Origin: Polyangiales bacterium
GTDB taxonomy: Bacteria; Myxococcota_A; Polyangia; Polyangiales; JADJQN01
NCBI GenBank assembly: GCA_964202905.1
Contig: CAXNJO010000011.1
Span: 1-64,000, forward strand
Direction of reading: 5' to 3'
Length of the DNA stretch: 64,000 nt
The position numbers and the translations under genes were made by a program. The notes beneath the pieces were generated by a model. The model did not search any database. It was not told where the DNA came from and worked only from the letters and a program-made list of their open reading frames with translations. Shown here in pieces: positions 44,656 to 54,634 of this stretch. The first letter of the stretch is position 1; the number at the start of each line of letters is the position of its first letter.

Positions 44656-46277
44656 ATGTCGAACGAACGCCCGAAGCGCCCCACGCGCGACTCCCGCCCT
44701 GCGGCCCCGGCCGGCCGCTCCGCCGCGCCGAAGTCGGCCACGCCCCTCACGAAGCGCGCACCCGTGACGCCCGCGAAGAAGGCGACGGCGGCGCCCGCGC
44801 GCAAGGGTGCGGCGCCCGTCGCATCGAGCCCGACGCCCGCCCCGAAGGCGCCCGCCCGGCAGTCGCCCGCCCGGCAGTCGCCCGCCCGGCAGTCGCCCGC
44901 CCCGGGCGCGCCGATCCGCCCCGCGAAGAAGGCGTCTGTCGCGCCGACCAGCCGAGACGCAGACGCGCCGGTCGCGTCACGCGCGGGCTCGACGGCCTCT
45001 GCCGCGATGGTCTCCCCCGAGGCCGCCGCGGCCGCGGCCCCGCGCCGAAGCGCCCCGGCGCGCGCCGCAGCGCCGCCCCTGCGACGCGCGGCGAAGCGGT
45101 CACTTCAATGCGCACGAGACAGCTCCCAGCCGCCGCGAAGGCGCCCGCCGCGCCGCGCCCGGCGGCCGCACTCGGCACCACGAAGACCGACGCCGCGCCG
45201 TCGTCCGTGGAAGCGCCCGCCGCCGCGGGATCGTCCGCGCAGGCCTACGTCACGGAGGTCGCCGTCGTCGCGGGCGACGAGGCCCCGCCCGCGCTCCGCC
45301 CGCCGGGCATCCTGCTCGATGCCGACGACGAAGAGACTTTCGCCATCGACGTGCCGCAGTTCGAGGCGACGCTCACGCGCGAGCTCGACGCGGCGCCGGT
45401 CGAGCGCGCCGTGCGCACCGCGGGCGCGCCGGAGCGCGAGGTCTACGCGAGCGACTACTACCTCCGGCAGTGGGGCCGCGCGGGGTTGCAGGGGCGCTCG
45501 GAGCAGGTCGACGAGTTCGGGCTCGATCCCAGCGTCGACGCGCGCTCCCGCGCGGGGTTCGAGGCGATGTTCCGCAAGTACTTCCGCGCGGAGGTGAGCG
45601 GCCTCGAGCACGTGCCGTCCTCGGGCCGCGCGCTGCTCGTCGCGAACCACAGCGGCACGTTCCCGTGGGACGGCGTGATGCTCAAGACCGCCCTCCGCCT
45701 CGAGCACCCGGCGCACCGCGAGCTGCGCTGGCTCACCGAGGACTTCGTCTACCACTTCCCCTTCCTCGGGACCTTCCTCAGCCGCATCGGCGCCGTCCGC
45801 GCCAACCCGGAGAACGCCGAGCGCCTGCTCGCGCGCGACGGCCTCGTCGCCGTATTCCCCGAGGGAATCCAGGGGATCGGCAAGCTCTACCGGCAGCGCT
45901 ACCAGCTGCAGCGGTTCGGACGCGGCGGCTACGTCAAGCTCGCCCTGCGGAGCGGCGCGCCCCTCATCCCCACGGCGATCGTCGGCGCCGAGGAGACCAA
46001 CCCCCTGCTCTTCAAGGTGGGTTGGCTCTCCAAGCTGACGGGCCTACCGTACCTCCCGGTCACGGCGACGTTCCCATGGCTCGGCCCGCTCGGCCTCGTC
46101 CCGCTTCCCGCGCGCTGGAAGGTCGTGTTCGGTCCGCCCGTCGACCTCTCCGAGTACGGCCCCGAAGGAGCGGACGACGCGATCCTCGTGAACCGCCTCA
46201 ACGAGCGCGTCCGCGCGACGATTCAGTCGATGGTGGACGACGCGGTCGCGGCGCGCGGGTCGGTCCTCTTCGGCTGA
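44656..46277 (+). CDS. Lysophospholipid acyltransferase family protein with Ala/Pro/Lys-rich N-terminal extension (frameshift ~45050-45100)
   Basis: DEFGLD, NHSGTFPWD (HxxxxxD), FPEG, FGRGG, IVGAEE. Confidence 0.85.
44850..44902 (+). repeat. 15-bp tandem repeat x3.5 (SPARQ)
   Basis: GCCCGCCCGGCAGTC repeated. Confidence 0.85.
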
Positions 46278-46324
46278 CCGCGTGGCATGCGCGAGGCCCG
46301 GCCCCGGCGGGGGATCGGCGCGCG

Positions 46325-47218
46325 TCAGCCCTCGACGCGGTTGCGGCCGCCGCGCTTGGCGTCGTAGAGGCGCTCGTCGGCGCGCTTGACCGGGTCCGCG
46401 CCCTCGGGCGCCGTCGGATCGAAGGCCGCGACACCGGCGCTGATCGTGACCGGGAGGTGCGTGCTCTCGAAGCGGAACACGGCCTCCTCGACGGAGCGGC
46501 GAAGCTTCTCGGCGAGCATCATCCCGCCTTGCAGGTCGATTTCCGGGAGGATCACGCCGAACTCTTCGCCGCCGACCCGCGCGATGGTGTCGTCGCGGCG
46601 CACCTTGGTGCGCACGAGCTGGCCGAGCTGGCGCAGCACGGCGTCGCCGGCGAGGTGCCCGAACGAGTCGTTGATCTTCTTGAAGTGATCGATGTCGAAC
46701 ATGACCACTGCGAAGCCGCGCCCATAGCGGCGCGCGCGCGAGGTCTCCTTGTCGATCTGATCGAGGAAGTAGCGCTTGTTGTGGACCTCGGTGAGACCGT
46801 CCACCGTCATCAACCGGTAGATTTCCTCGTGGTACTGGACCTCGACGTTGCCGCTCGAGATGAACTTGAAGATCGTGCGCCCCACCTTCACCTGATCGCC
46901 GTCGCGCAGCGTCGTCGCGTCGACCGGCTCGTCGTTCACGTACGTGCCGTTCGTCGAGCCGAGGTCCTCGATGTGGAAGTGCGTCTCCCGCTGGGTGATG
47001 CGCGCGTGGCGGCGCGAGGCGCTGTCGTGGTCGATCTGCACCTCGCAGTTCGAGGCGCGGCCGATGGTGAGCGGCTCGGGGGAGAGCGGGATGCGGCGCC
47101 CCATGTCGTCGCCGTAGATGACGACGAGGCAGGCGTGGCTCGGCGCAGCGGGGCGCGGCGCGAGCGGCGCGGTCGCGTCGATGGACAGGTGCGGATTGGT
47201 CGTCCTCTCCTCGGTCAT
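46325..47218 (-). CDS. FHA-domain diguanylate cyclase
   Basis: FHA: IGR, SRRHA, DLGSTNGT. GGDEF: DIDHFKKINDSFGH, RRDD I-site, GGEEF. Confidence 0.95.
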   Translation of the reverse strand: MTEERTTNPHLSIDATAPLAPRPAAPSHACLVVIYGDDMGRRIPLSPEPLTIGRASNCEVQIDHDSASRRHARITQRETHFHIEDLGSTNGTYVNDEPVDATTLRDGDQVKVGRTIFKFISSGNVEVQYHEEIYRLMTVDGLTEVHNKRYFLDQIDKETSRARRYGRGFAVVMFDIDHFKKINDSFGHLAGDAVLRQLGQLVRTKVRRDDTIARVGGEEFGVILPEIDLQGGMMLAEKLRRSVEEAVFRFESTHLPVTISAGVAAFDPTAPEGADPVKRADERLYDAKRGGRNRVEG

Positions 47219-47315
47219 GCGCCGGCGCGAGCGTACCCCGGAACGCGGGTGTGCCGCAAAACTGGCGCAGCGGCTTTTTTGACCCTCCGACGTCGGCACC
47301 TTTAGTTTCGGCCGC

Positions 47316-48674
47316 ATGTCCCGGAGACCCACCGTGCGGCAGGTCCGCGCCGCCGGAACCCTCGTCCTCGCCGCCGCGATCGCGTCGGGCGGGTTGGCGC
47401 TCGCGACCGCGGACGGTCAGGCCCGGACGGCACCCGCCGTGCGCGCGCGCTCCGCGGCGCCGGTCGTGGCGCCGCCGCCGCGCGTCGTCGAGGGGCGCAT
47501 CCCGCGCGAGCTGCTCGACGGGCTCGACCCGCTCGCGCACCGTGCCGCCGCGGACGACGTCGAGGGCGATGCGCGCGTCGCGTCGCTCGAGGGAGGGCGC
47601 CGCGCGATCCTCACGATCGAGCCGGGTTTGCAGGCGTTCGTGGCCCAGACACTCGAGTCCTACGCGGTGCCGTATGCGGCCCTCGTCGCGATGGACCCGG
47701 CGAGCGGGCGCGTGCTCGCGTACGTGAGCCACTCGTCCGCGAACCCCGACGCCGGCGACCTCGTGCTCGACCCGACGCCGCCCGCGGCCTCCGTCTTCAA
47801 GGTCATCACCGGCGCCGCGCTGGTCGATGCGGGGCGGCCCGCGAGCACGCGCGTCTGCTACGGGGGCGGCGCGAGCCGGCTCCACACCTCCGATCTCGAC
47901 GACACCCCGGGCCGCGACACGCAGTGCGCGACGCTCGGCGAGGCCATGGGCGGCAGCATCAACGCGGTCTTCGCCAAGCTCGCCGATCGGTCGCTCGAGC
48001 CGCCGACGCTCGAGCGCTACGCCTCGGCCTTCGGCTTCGGGCACGCGCTGCCCTTCGACGTGCCGACGCGCCCGAGCCCCTCGGAGGTCCCGACGGAGCG
48101 CCTCGAGTTCGCGCGCACGGCCGCCGGGTTCTGGCACATGCACATGTCGCCGCTCCACGCCGCGCTGATCGCATCGACGGTGGCGAACGGCGGAGAGATG
48201 CCGCGCGCGATCCTCGTCGACCGCGTGATCGACGCGCAGGGGGCGACCCTCGCGCGGGCGCGCCCGGAGCCGTTCCGCCGCGTGATCTCGGTAGAGACGG
48301 CGCGGGCCGTGAACGGGATGATGCGGAACACGGTGTCCCAAGGCACTGCACGCCGTACTTTCCATGATCCGGCCGGGGTGCCCTTCCTCCCCGGCATGGA
48401 GATCGCCGGCAAGACGGGCACGCTGAGCGGAGAGAACCCCTACCGCGGCTACACGTGGTGGGTCGGCTTCGCGCCCGCGAACCGCCCCACGATCGCCGTC
48501 GCCGCGCTCGTCGTGAACACGCCGATGTGGCGCATCAAGGCGAGCTTCGTCGCGCGCGAGGCGCTCCGCTACCACCTCGTGCAGGCGCCGCACGAGCGCG
48601 CCGAGGCGCAGCGGCGCGCGGCCCGCCAGCAGGCGGCCGACGACGTCGCGGCGACGCCCGCTCCGCCGCGTTGA
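47316..48674 (+). CDS. Penicillin-binding transpeptidase-domain protein
   Basis: SVFK, SIN, KTG motifs; N-terminal signal/anchor. Confidence 0.9.
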   Translation: MSRRPTVRQVRAAGTLVLAAAIASGGLALATADGQARTAPAVRARSAAPVVAPPPRVVEGRIPRELLDGLDPLAHRAAADDVEGDARVASLEGGRRAILTIEPGLQAFVAQTLESYAVPYAALVAMDPASGRVLAYVSHSSANPDAGDLVLDPTPPAASVFKVITGAALVDAGRPASTRVCYGGGASRLHTSDLDDTPGRDTQCATLGEAMGGSINAVFAKLADRSLEPPTLERYASAFGFGHALPFDVPTRPSPSEVPTERLEFARTAAGFWHMHMSPLHAALIASTVANGGEMPRAILVDRVIDAQGATLARARPEPFRRVISVETARAVNGMMRNTVSQGTARRTFHDPAGVPFLPGMEIAGKTGTLSGENPYRGYTWWVGFAPANRPTIAVAALVVNTPMWRIKASFVAREALRYHLVQAPHERAEAQRRAARQQAADDVAATPAPPR

Positions 48675-48819
48675 CGGCGCAGCGCGGCGCCCCGGCGCTG
48701 CGCGGCTCGAGCGCGCGGCGCGCGGTCGTCGGTGGCCCTGCGCGGGACTCGTCGGCGCCCAGCGGCTTGTCCGCGCGGCGCCGTGCGTGCCACGGTGGGG
48801 CCGTGCTTGGGTCGGGCGC

Positions 48820-49305
48820 ATGGCGGGTGCGGACCCCGGGGAGGCGCGTCGCGTGCGCGTGGCCGCGTCGCTGACGGCGTTGTGGATCTGGGTGCTCGGC
48901 GCCGAGGTCGCGCCGCACGTGCACCTCGCGCTCCACGCCTCGCTCGCGCCGCACACGCACGCGGCGTCGGTCGAGGCGCGCGCGGCGGGGGGCGCCGCCG
49001 CCGGCCGTTGTCACGACGAGGGCGGGGGCGCGCACTGTCACCGTGTGCGGCGGGCATCGACGCGCGGGTGGGATCGCCCCGCGGCGCGAGGCGAAGCGCT
49101 GCGCGCCGCCGACCCCGCGTACGGCGACGGGGCCCACGGCGCGGGCGCGCTCGCCCATCGGCAGGCGGCGTTCCTTCGGCCTGCGTCCGCTGCGGCGCCC
49201 CTCGTCGAGGCCCCCTTCGTCGCGCTCGCCGCCCGGGCGTACCCCGCGTCCCACCGCACCTACGGAATCCCCCGCGCGCCCGCGATGCGCGGACCCCCGG
49301 CCTGA
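48820..49305 (+). CDS. His-rich small protein with N-terminal hydrophobic segment and C-terminal RGPP (DUF2946-like leader)
   Basis: HVHLALHASLAPHTH, CHDEGGGAHCH, HGAGALAH, ends RAPAMRGPPA*; directly upstream of the TonB receptor. Confidence 0.68.
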   Translation: MAGADPGEARRVRVAASLTALWIWVLGAEVAPHVHLALHASLAPHTHAASVEARAAGGAAAGRCHDEGGGAHCHRVRRASTRGWDRPAARGEALRAADPAYGDGAHGAGALAHRQAAFLRPASAAAPLVEAPFVALAARAYPASHRTYGIPRAPAMRGPPA

Positions 49306-49401
49306 CGGCACCGCTCCGGTCCACGGAGGCGCGCCCCCGCGGCGCGCGCCCTCCGAATCCGTCTCGAGGTCAAGCGCCCGTTGCAGGGCGCAGGAGCCGC
49401 C

Positions 49402-51684
49402 GTGCGCGCTCGCTCATCGCTCGCCCTCGCGTGGTCGGGGGCCTTGCTCGTCGCTTCGTGCGCGCTGCGCGCACGCGCCCAGGAGCCTGCGTCGCGTTCA
49501 CGCGGGGGAGGGGGCGGTGCGCCCGACGCGCCCGCCGTCACGGCAGCCGCGCAGACCGAAGGCGCGCCCGGTGAGGGCCCACCGCGCACGTCGGCGGCCT
49601 CGCCCGACGCGGCGACGCCGGTCTTCGGTGCGCGCGCGCGCGCGTCGCGGGGTTCGGCCGACCTCGCGGCGAGCAGCGACACCGACCTCGCACTCGCGCG
49701 TCTCCACGACGTCCCCCGCGCCCGGGCCGAGGAGCTCCTCACGCTCGCGCCGGGCGTGCTCCTCGGCAACCACGGCGGTGACGGACACGCGAGCACCTTG
49801 TTTTTTCGGGGCTTCGACGCCGGCGAGGGCCAGGACGTCGAGATGACGGTCGATGGCGTGCCGTTCAACGACCCGTCGAACGCGCACGGGCACGGCTACG
49901 CGGACGCGGGATTTCTCATCCCCGAGTTGGTCGAGCGCGTGCGCGTCGTCGAGGGCCCTTTCGACGCGCGGCAGGGCGACTTCGCGCTCGCCGGGAGCGC
50001 CGACTACACGCTCGGGCTCGCCGAGCGCGGGGCCCGCGCGAAGGTCGAGCTCGGGACGTACGGGCACCAGCGGTTGTTGCTCTCCTGGGGGCCCGAGGCC
50101 GCGTCGCGCCATACGTTCGTCGGTGTCGCGCTCGCGCGGGGCGAGGGCTTCGGTCCGAGCCGCGCGTCCACCGCCGCGACCGCGCTCGCGCAGCTCGAGG
50201 TGCCGCTCGGTCATGGTCTCCGCGGGGCGCTCTTCGCGACGGGGCACGTCGCGGACTTCGCCTCCGCGGGCGTCGTGCGTCTCGACGACGTCGCAGCCGG
50301 GCGCCTCGCGTGTCCGGCCGGTACGGAGCCGTTCTACTGCGTCGCGGATCCGTCGCAGGGCGGGGCGAGCGCGCGGACGTCGATCGGGGCCCGCGCCGCG
50401 TGGCAGCGGGGCGCGGCCCACCTCGAGCACGCCGTGTGGATCGTCGCGCGGCGTCTCCGTCTCCGCGAGAACTTCACGGGTCAGCTGCTCGACGCGCGCG
50501 GCGACGGACTCGACGCGCTCTACGACACGACGACGATCGGCGCGCGGGGCCGCTACCGCTTCGCGCGTCGCGTCCTCGGACGCAGGCAGGCGCTCGAGCT
50601 CGGCTTCCTCGCGCGGCGCACCGCGGGCGTGACGCGGCAGGACCGCCTGCGCAGCGACGGCGGCGCGCCGTACGCGACCGTGTTCGACGACACGATCGCG
50701 CTGACGAACGTGGGCGCCTGGGCCGCGATCACGCTGCGACCGCTCTCGTGGATCGCGCTGCGTGGCGGGCTCCGCGCGGAGGCGTTCGGCTTCGCGGTCG
50801 AGCGGCGCGGGTTGCCGATGCTCGATCGCGACGGCGCGCGCCTCGGCCTCGAGCGCGTGGACGCGCTGGGGATCGCGATCGCGCCGCGGGGCTCGGTGAC
50901 GCTGCGCCTCGCGCGCGGGCTCGCGTGGACCACGAGCGCCGGCGTCGGCACACGCAGCACCGACGCGCAGGCGCTGTCCGACGGCGAGCGCGCGCCCTTC
51001 GCGCAGGCGACCGCTGCGGAGACGGGGCTCGCCCTCGAGGCCGGTGCGCCGCGCCGTGTGGCGCTCGATCTGCGGGCGGCGTTGTTCGCGACCCGCGTCA
51101 CGCGCGATTTCGTCTTCGACGCCGAGCGCGGGCGCAACAGCGATGTCGGCCCTTCGAGCCGCTTCGGCGCGCTGCTCGCCGCGCAGCTGCGCGCGGGTCG
51201 CTGGCTCGAGGCGCGCGTGAGCGGCGCGTGGACCGAGGCGCACCTCGTCTCCCCAGAAGCGGGCCCCTTCGCGCTCGCGGCCGGGCCGCGGCTGCCCTAC
51301 GTGCCGCGCTTCGTCGCGCGCGCCGACGTCGCCGCGCGTCGCAGCTGGCGGATCGCGGGGCAGACCGTGGAGTTCGGCGCGTCACTCGGCCTGACGGCGC
51401 TCGCCGCGCGGCCCCTGCCGCTCGGCACGTTCGGCGAGCCGTATGCGCTCGTCGATGCGGCGCTCCGCGCGCGCTGGCGGAGCGTCGAGCTCGCGGTCGT
51501 CGCGCGCAACGTGCTCGACGCGCGCTGGCGCGCCTTCGAACTCGCCTATCCGTCGCGCTTCGGCGACGGCCCCGCCTCGATGCTCCCCGCGACGCACATC
51601 GCGGCGGGGCCGCCGTTCACCGCGTTCGTTTCGCTCTCGGTCGCCGTGCCGACGGGCGCCGCCGACACCACGGAGATGCCATGA
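49402..51684 (+). CDS. TonB-dependent receptor, probable metal uptake
   Basis: Plug NHGGDGHA..FFRGFD, NDPSNAHGHGYAD, LIPELVERVRVVEGPF; barrel with C-terminal RNVLD. Confidence 0.9.
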   Translation: MRARSSLALAWSGALLVASCALRARAQEPASRSRGGGGGAPDAPAVTAAAQTEGAPGEGPPRTSAASPDAATPVFGARARASRGSADLAASSDTDLALARLHDVPRARAEELLTLAPGVLLGNHGGDGHASTLFFRGFDAGEGQDVEMTVDGVPFNDPSNAHGHGYADAGFLIPELVERVRVVEGPFDARQGDFALAGSADYTLGLAERGARAKVELGTYGHQRLLLSWGPEAASRHTFVGVALARGEGFGPSRASTAATALAQLEVPLGHGLRGALFATGHVADFASAGVVRLDDVAAGRLACPAGTEPFYCVADPSQGGASARTSIGARAAWQRGAAHLEHAVWIVARRLRLRENFTGQLLDARGDGLDALYDTTTIGARGRYRFARRVLGRRQALELGFLARRTAGVTRQDRLRSDGGAPYATVFDDTIALTNVGAWAAITLRPLSWIALRGGLRAEAFGFAVERRGLPMLDRDGARLGLERVDALGIAIAPRGSVTLRLARGLAWTTSAGVGTRSTDAQALSDGERAPFAQATAAETGLALEAGAPRRVALDLRAALFATRVTRDFVFDAERGRNSDVGPSSRFGALLAAQLRAGRWLEARVSGAWTEAHLVSPEAGPFALAAGPRLPYVPRFVARADVAARRSWRIAGQTVEFGASLGLTALAARPLPLGTFGEPYALVDAALRARWRSVELAVVARNVLDARWRAFELAYPSRFGDGPASMLPATHIAAGPPFTAFVSLSVAVPTGAADTTEMP

Positions 51685-52493
51685 ACATCGAAGACAATGA
51701 CTGCATTCACAGGCGCGCATGCGCAGCGCCTTTGGCCGCGCTCGCCGCGTTCGCGTTCGTCGTCGCGTCGGCCTGCGAGAGTGGCACCGAGGGCCGCGCG
51801 GTGCGCTTCGGGCTCACGCTCCGATCGGTGGCCGAGTCGGGCTTCACCGCGGCGGGTGTCTTCGACACGGACACCGGCTGGCGCGTCGTGCTCGACGAGG
51901 CCCGCGTCGCGCTCGGCCCCGTCTACCTCTACGCCGAGCCCGGCGCGACGGCGGCACGTGCGCTGGAGCGGCTCCTCGTCCCGGTCGCCCGCGCGCACGG
52001 CGGCACCGACCCCTCCGCGGGTCGCGTCGTGCGGGGCGAGCATCTCGGCGTCGTCGTGCTCGACGCGCTCGCGACCGAGCCCGTCCGGATCGCGTCCGTC
52101 GCGGGTCGCGCGGGTCGCGCCGTGAGCCTGCGCGTCGATCTCCCAGGCCCTGCGGCCGATGTGGACGGCGTCCTGCGGGGCCACCACGCGTGGATCCGCG
52201 GCACCGCGACGCGCGGCGCAGCGTCGATCGCCTTCGCGGGCGGGCTCGACATCCCCGACGACGGCCTCGCGCAGCACGTCGATGGCGTCCCGCTCGACGG
52301 CTTCGTCGACGACGGCGTCACCGTCGCGCTCGACGTGCATGTGCGCGCCTGGCTCGCGGCCGCGCACTTCGATCGCCTGCCCGCGCCCGGTCCCGATGGG
52401 GTGTGCGCCATCCCCGCCGAGACGCAGGTGCGCACGGCCTGGTACCTCGGCGCGCGCAGCCTCGCCGCCTTCTCCGCGTCGATCACGCCCTGA
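51681..52493 (+). CDS. Predicted lipoprotein associated with the TonB receptor
   Basis: Lipobox VASAC; TGWRVVLDEA; ARAHGG; ATGA overlap with receptor stop. Confidence 0.72.
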   Translation: MNIEDNDCIHRRACAAPLAALAAFAFVVASACESGTEGRAVRFGLTLRSVAESGFTAAGVFDTDTGWRVVLDEARVALGPVYLYAEPGATAARALERLLVPVARAHGGTDPSAGRVVRGEHLGVVVLDALATEPVRIASVAGRAGRAVSLRVDLPGPAADVDGVLRGHHAWIRGTATRGAASIAFAGGLDIPDDGLAQHVDGVPLDGFVDDGVTVALDVHVRAWLAAAHFDRLPAPGPDGVCAIPAETQVRTAWYLGARSLAAFSASITP

Positions 52494-52538
52494 TCGCGCC
52501 GCATGTCTCGAAACAATCACCATCTTGAAAGATATCCA

Positions 52539-53446
52539 ATGATGAGACGTCTCTTCGTCCTGCTCGCGCTGCTCCTCACCTTCCCGCTGTCCGCCTGCAC
52601 GGGCGCCGACGACGGCGGCACCGGTACGCTCCGGGTGACGCTCTCCGGCGAGCAGGGCGCGAAGGTCGGCTATCCGTTCACGGTCGACGGCGAGACCGTC
52701 GGCTTCGTCGACGGCTGGTCGCTGCGCTTCGACGAGGTCGTCGTCGGCGTCGCCGCGCTCCGTCTCCGTGCAGGCGACGGCGACGAGGCCCCGCTCGACG
52801 TCGACCACGTCGTCGCGTCCCTCCGCGTCGACGACCCCGTCGCGTGGGAGCGTGAAGGCGTTCCGGCGCGGCGCTGGGATCGCGTCGGGTACGCGCTCCG
52901 GGCCCCGTCGCCCGGGGCGCGCATCCTCGGCGGCGTCCCCGAGGCGACGCTCGCGCGGATGCGCGCGCGCTCGGCGCGGCGCTCTACGTCAGGGGCAGCG
53001 CGACCTCTGCCGCGGGGCGCGCGATCGCCTTCGAGCTCCACCTCCCGGATGCGATCCTCGCGGACCGCTGCGAGAGCGGGCGCGACGGCACGCCTGGCGT
53101 CGTCGTCACGCCGGGCGCGCGCACGGACGTCGCGTTGACGGTGCACCTCGACCACCTCTTCTTCGACTCGCTCGTCGTCGAGCGCGCCGAGATGCGCCTC
53201 GAGGCGCTCGCCGCGGCCGCCGACGCCGACGGGCGCGTCACGCTCGACGCGCTCTCCGCGCAGCCGCTCGCGGACCTGCGCGACACGGCCGGCGCGCCGC
53301 TGCGCGACGCCTCCGGCGCACCGGTGCTCTACGATCCGGGCTCGGCGCCTCTCGCGGCCCCGACGCTGCGCGAGTTCGTCCGCGCGAGCCTCTCGACCGT
53401 CGGGCACCTCGATGGCGAGGGCCACTGCGCGTACGCGCGCGAGTGA
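52539..53446 (+). CDS. Predicted lipoprotein (frameshift ~52970)
   Basis: Lipobox LSAC; DGWSLRFD; TVHLDHLFFD; C-terminal GHLDGEGHC. Confidence 0.72.
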
Positions 53447-53497
53447 GGAGCGTGCAGGGACAGAGTATGTCCCACCCTCGGCGTCGCCCGGGCGGGA

Positions 53498-54544
53498 TCA
53501 GCCGAGGGCCGCGCGCGCCGTCTCGACGCTGACGGCGCCGCTCTTCACGAGGTCCTTCAGGGCCATCTCGAAGGTCTGCATCCCGTAGGGGTGCGTCCCG
53601 CGCTCCATCACGTCCTTGAGCGGGACGTTGCCCTCGGGGCGCCGCAGCGACTCGCGCGCGGTCCCCGTCACGACGAGCACCTCGGCGGCGAGCACGAGCC
53701 CGTTTCCGTCGAGGCGCGGCAGCAGGCGCTGCGCGACGATTCCGCGCAGGTTGTCGGCGAAGCGCTCGCGCGTCTCGGACGTCGGTCGGCTGCCGTCGCC
53801 GGCGAGGGAAATGACGCGACCGATGGTCCGCGGCACGTCGGGCGTGTGCAGCGTCGAGAGCACGAGGTGGCCCGTCTCGGCGGACTTGAGGGCGATGTCC
53901 ATCGTCTCCTCGTCGCGGATCTCGCCGAGGAGGATGACGTCCGGGTCCTGCCGGAGCGCGGCGCGCAGCCCCGTCGCGAACGCCTCGGTGTCGATGCCGA
54001 TCTCGCGCTGCGAGATCGCGGCCAGCGAGTCCGTGTGGAGGAACTCGATCGGGTCCTCGATCGTGACGATGTGGATGCGCTGCGTCTGGTTGAGGTGCCC
54101 GACCATCGCCGCGAGCGTCGACGACTTGCCGTTGCCGGCGGCGCCGACGACGAGCACGAGCCCGCGCTCCATTTCGGCGAGGGCGCGCGCGACCGGGGGC
54201 GCGCCGAGCTCTTCGAAGGTGGGGATGCGCAGCGGGATCGAGCGCATCGCGACCGCGAGCGTGCCGCGCTGCCGGTACACGTTGACCCGGTACCGCCCGA
54301 TGTTGGGGACGCCGTACGCGGTGTCGTACTGCTGCATGTCGTCGAGCGTCCCGCGGAAGCGGGAGGCCGTGAGGACGTGCTCGGCGATGCGCAGCGTGTG
54401 ATCCGGCCGGAGTTTGTCGCCTTGCAGGTAGTGCAGCTCGCCGCCGATGCGGAAGGCCGGGGGCTGGCCGACCTTGAAGAGCACGTCGCTCGCGCGGTGC
54501 TGCTCGCCCTTCTGCAGCAGCGCGTGGAAGGTCGCTTCGTCCAT
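53498..54544 (-). CDS. pilT: PilT/PilU-family type IV pilus retraction ATPase
   Basis: ASD, GAAGNGKSST, TIEDPIE, LRQDPDVILLGEIRD, ETGHLVLSTLHT, GMQTF. Confidence 0.93.
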   Translation of the reverse strand: MDEATFHALLQKGEQHRASDVLFKVGQPPAFRIGGELHYLQGDKLRPDHTLRIAEHVLTASRFRGTLDDMQQYDTAYGVPNIGRYRVNVYRQRGTLAVAMRSIPLRIPTFEELGAPPVARALAEMERGLVLVVGAAGNGKSSTLAAMVGHLNQTQRIHIVTIEDPIEFLHTDSLAAISQREIGIDTEAFATGLRAALRQDPDVILLGEIRDEETMDIALKSAETGHLVLSTLHTPDVPRTIGRVISLAGDGSRPTSETRERFADNLRGIVAQRLLPRLDGNGLVLAAEVLVVTGTARESLRRPEGNVPLKDVMERGTHPYGMQTFEMALKDLVKSGAVSVETARAALG

Positions 54545-54634
54545 CGGCGGGCGAGGATAACAGCGCGGGCGCCGGGAGCGCGCGACTTCGCGACTCCGGG
54601 CGCCCGCTCGGGACGGGAGAGGCTGCGCGCGCGG

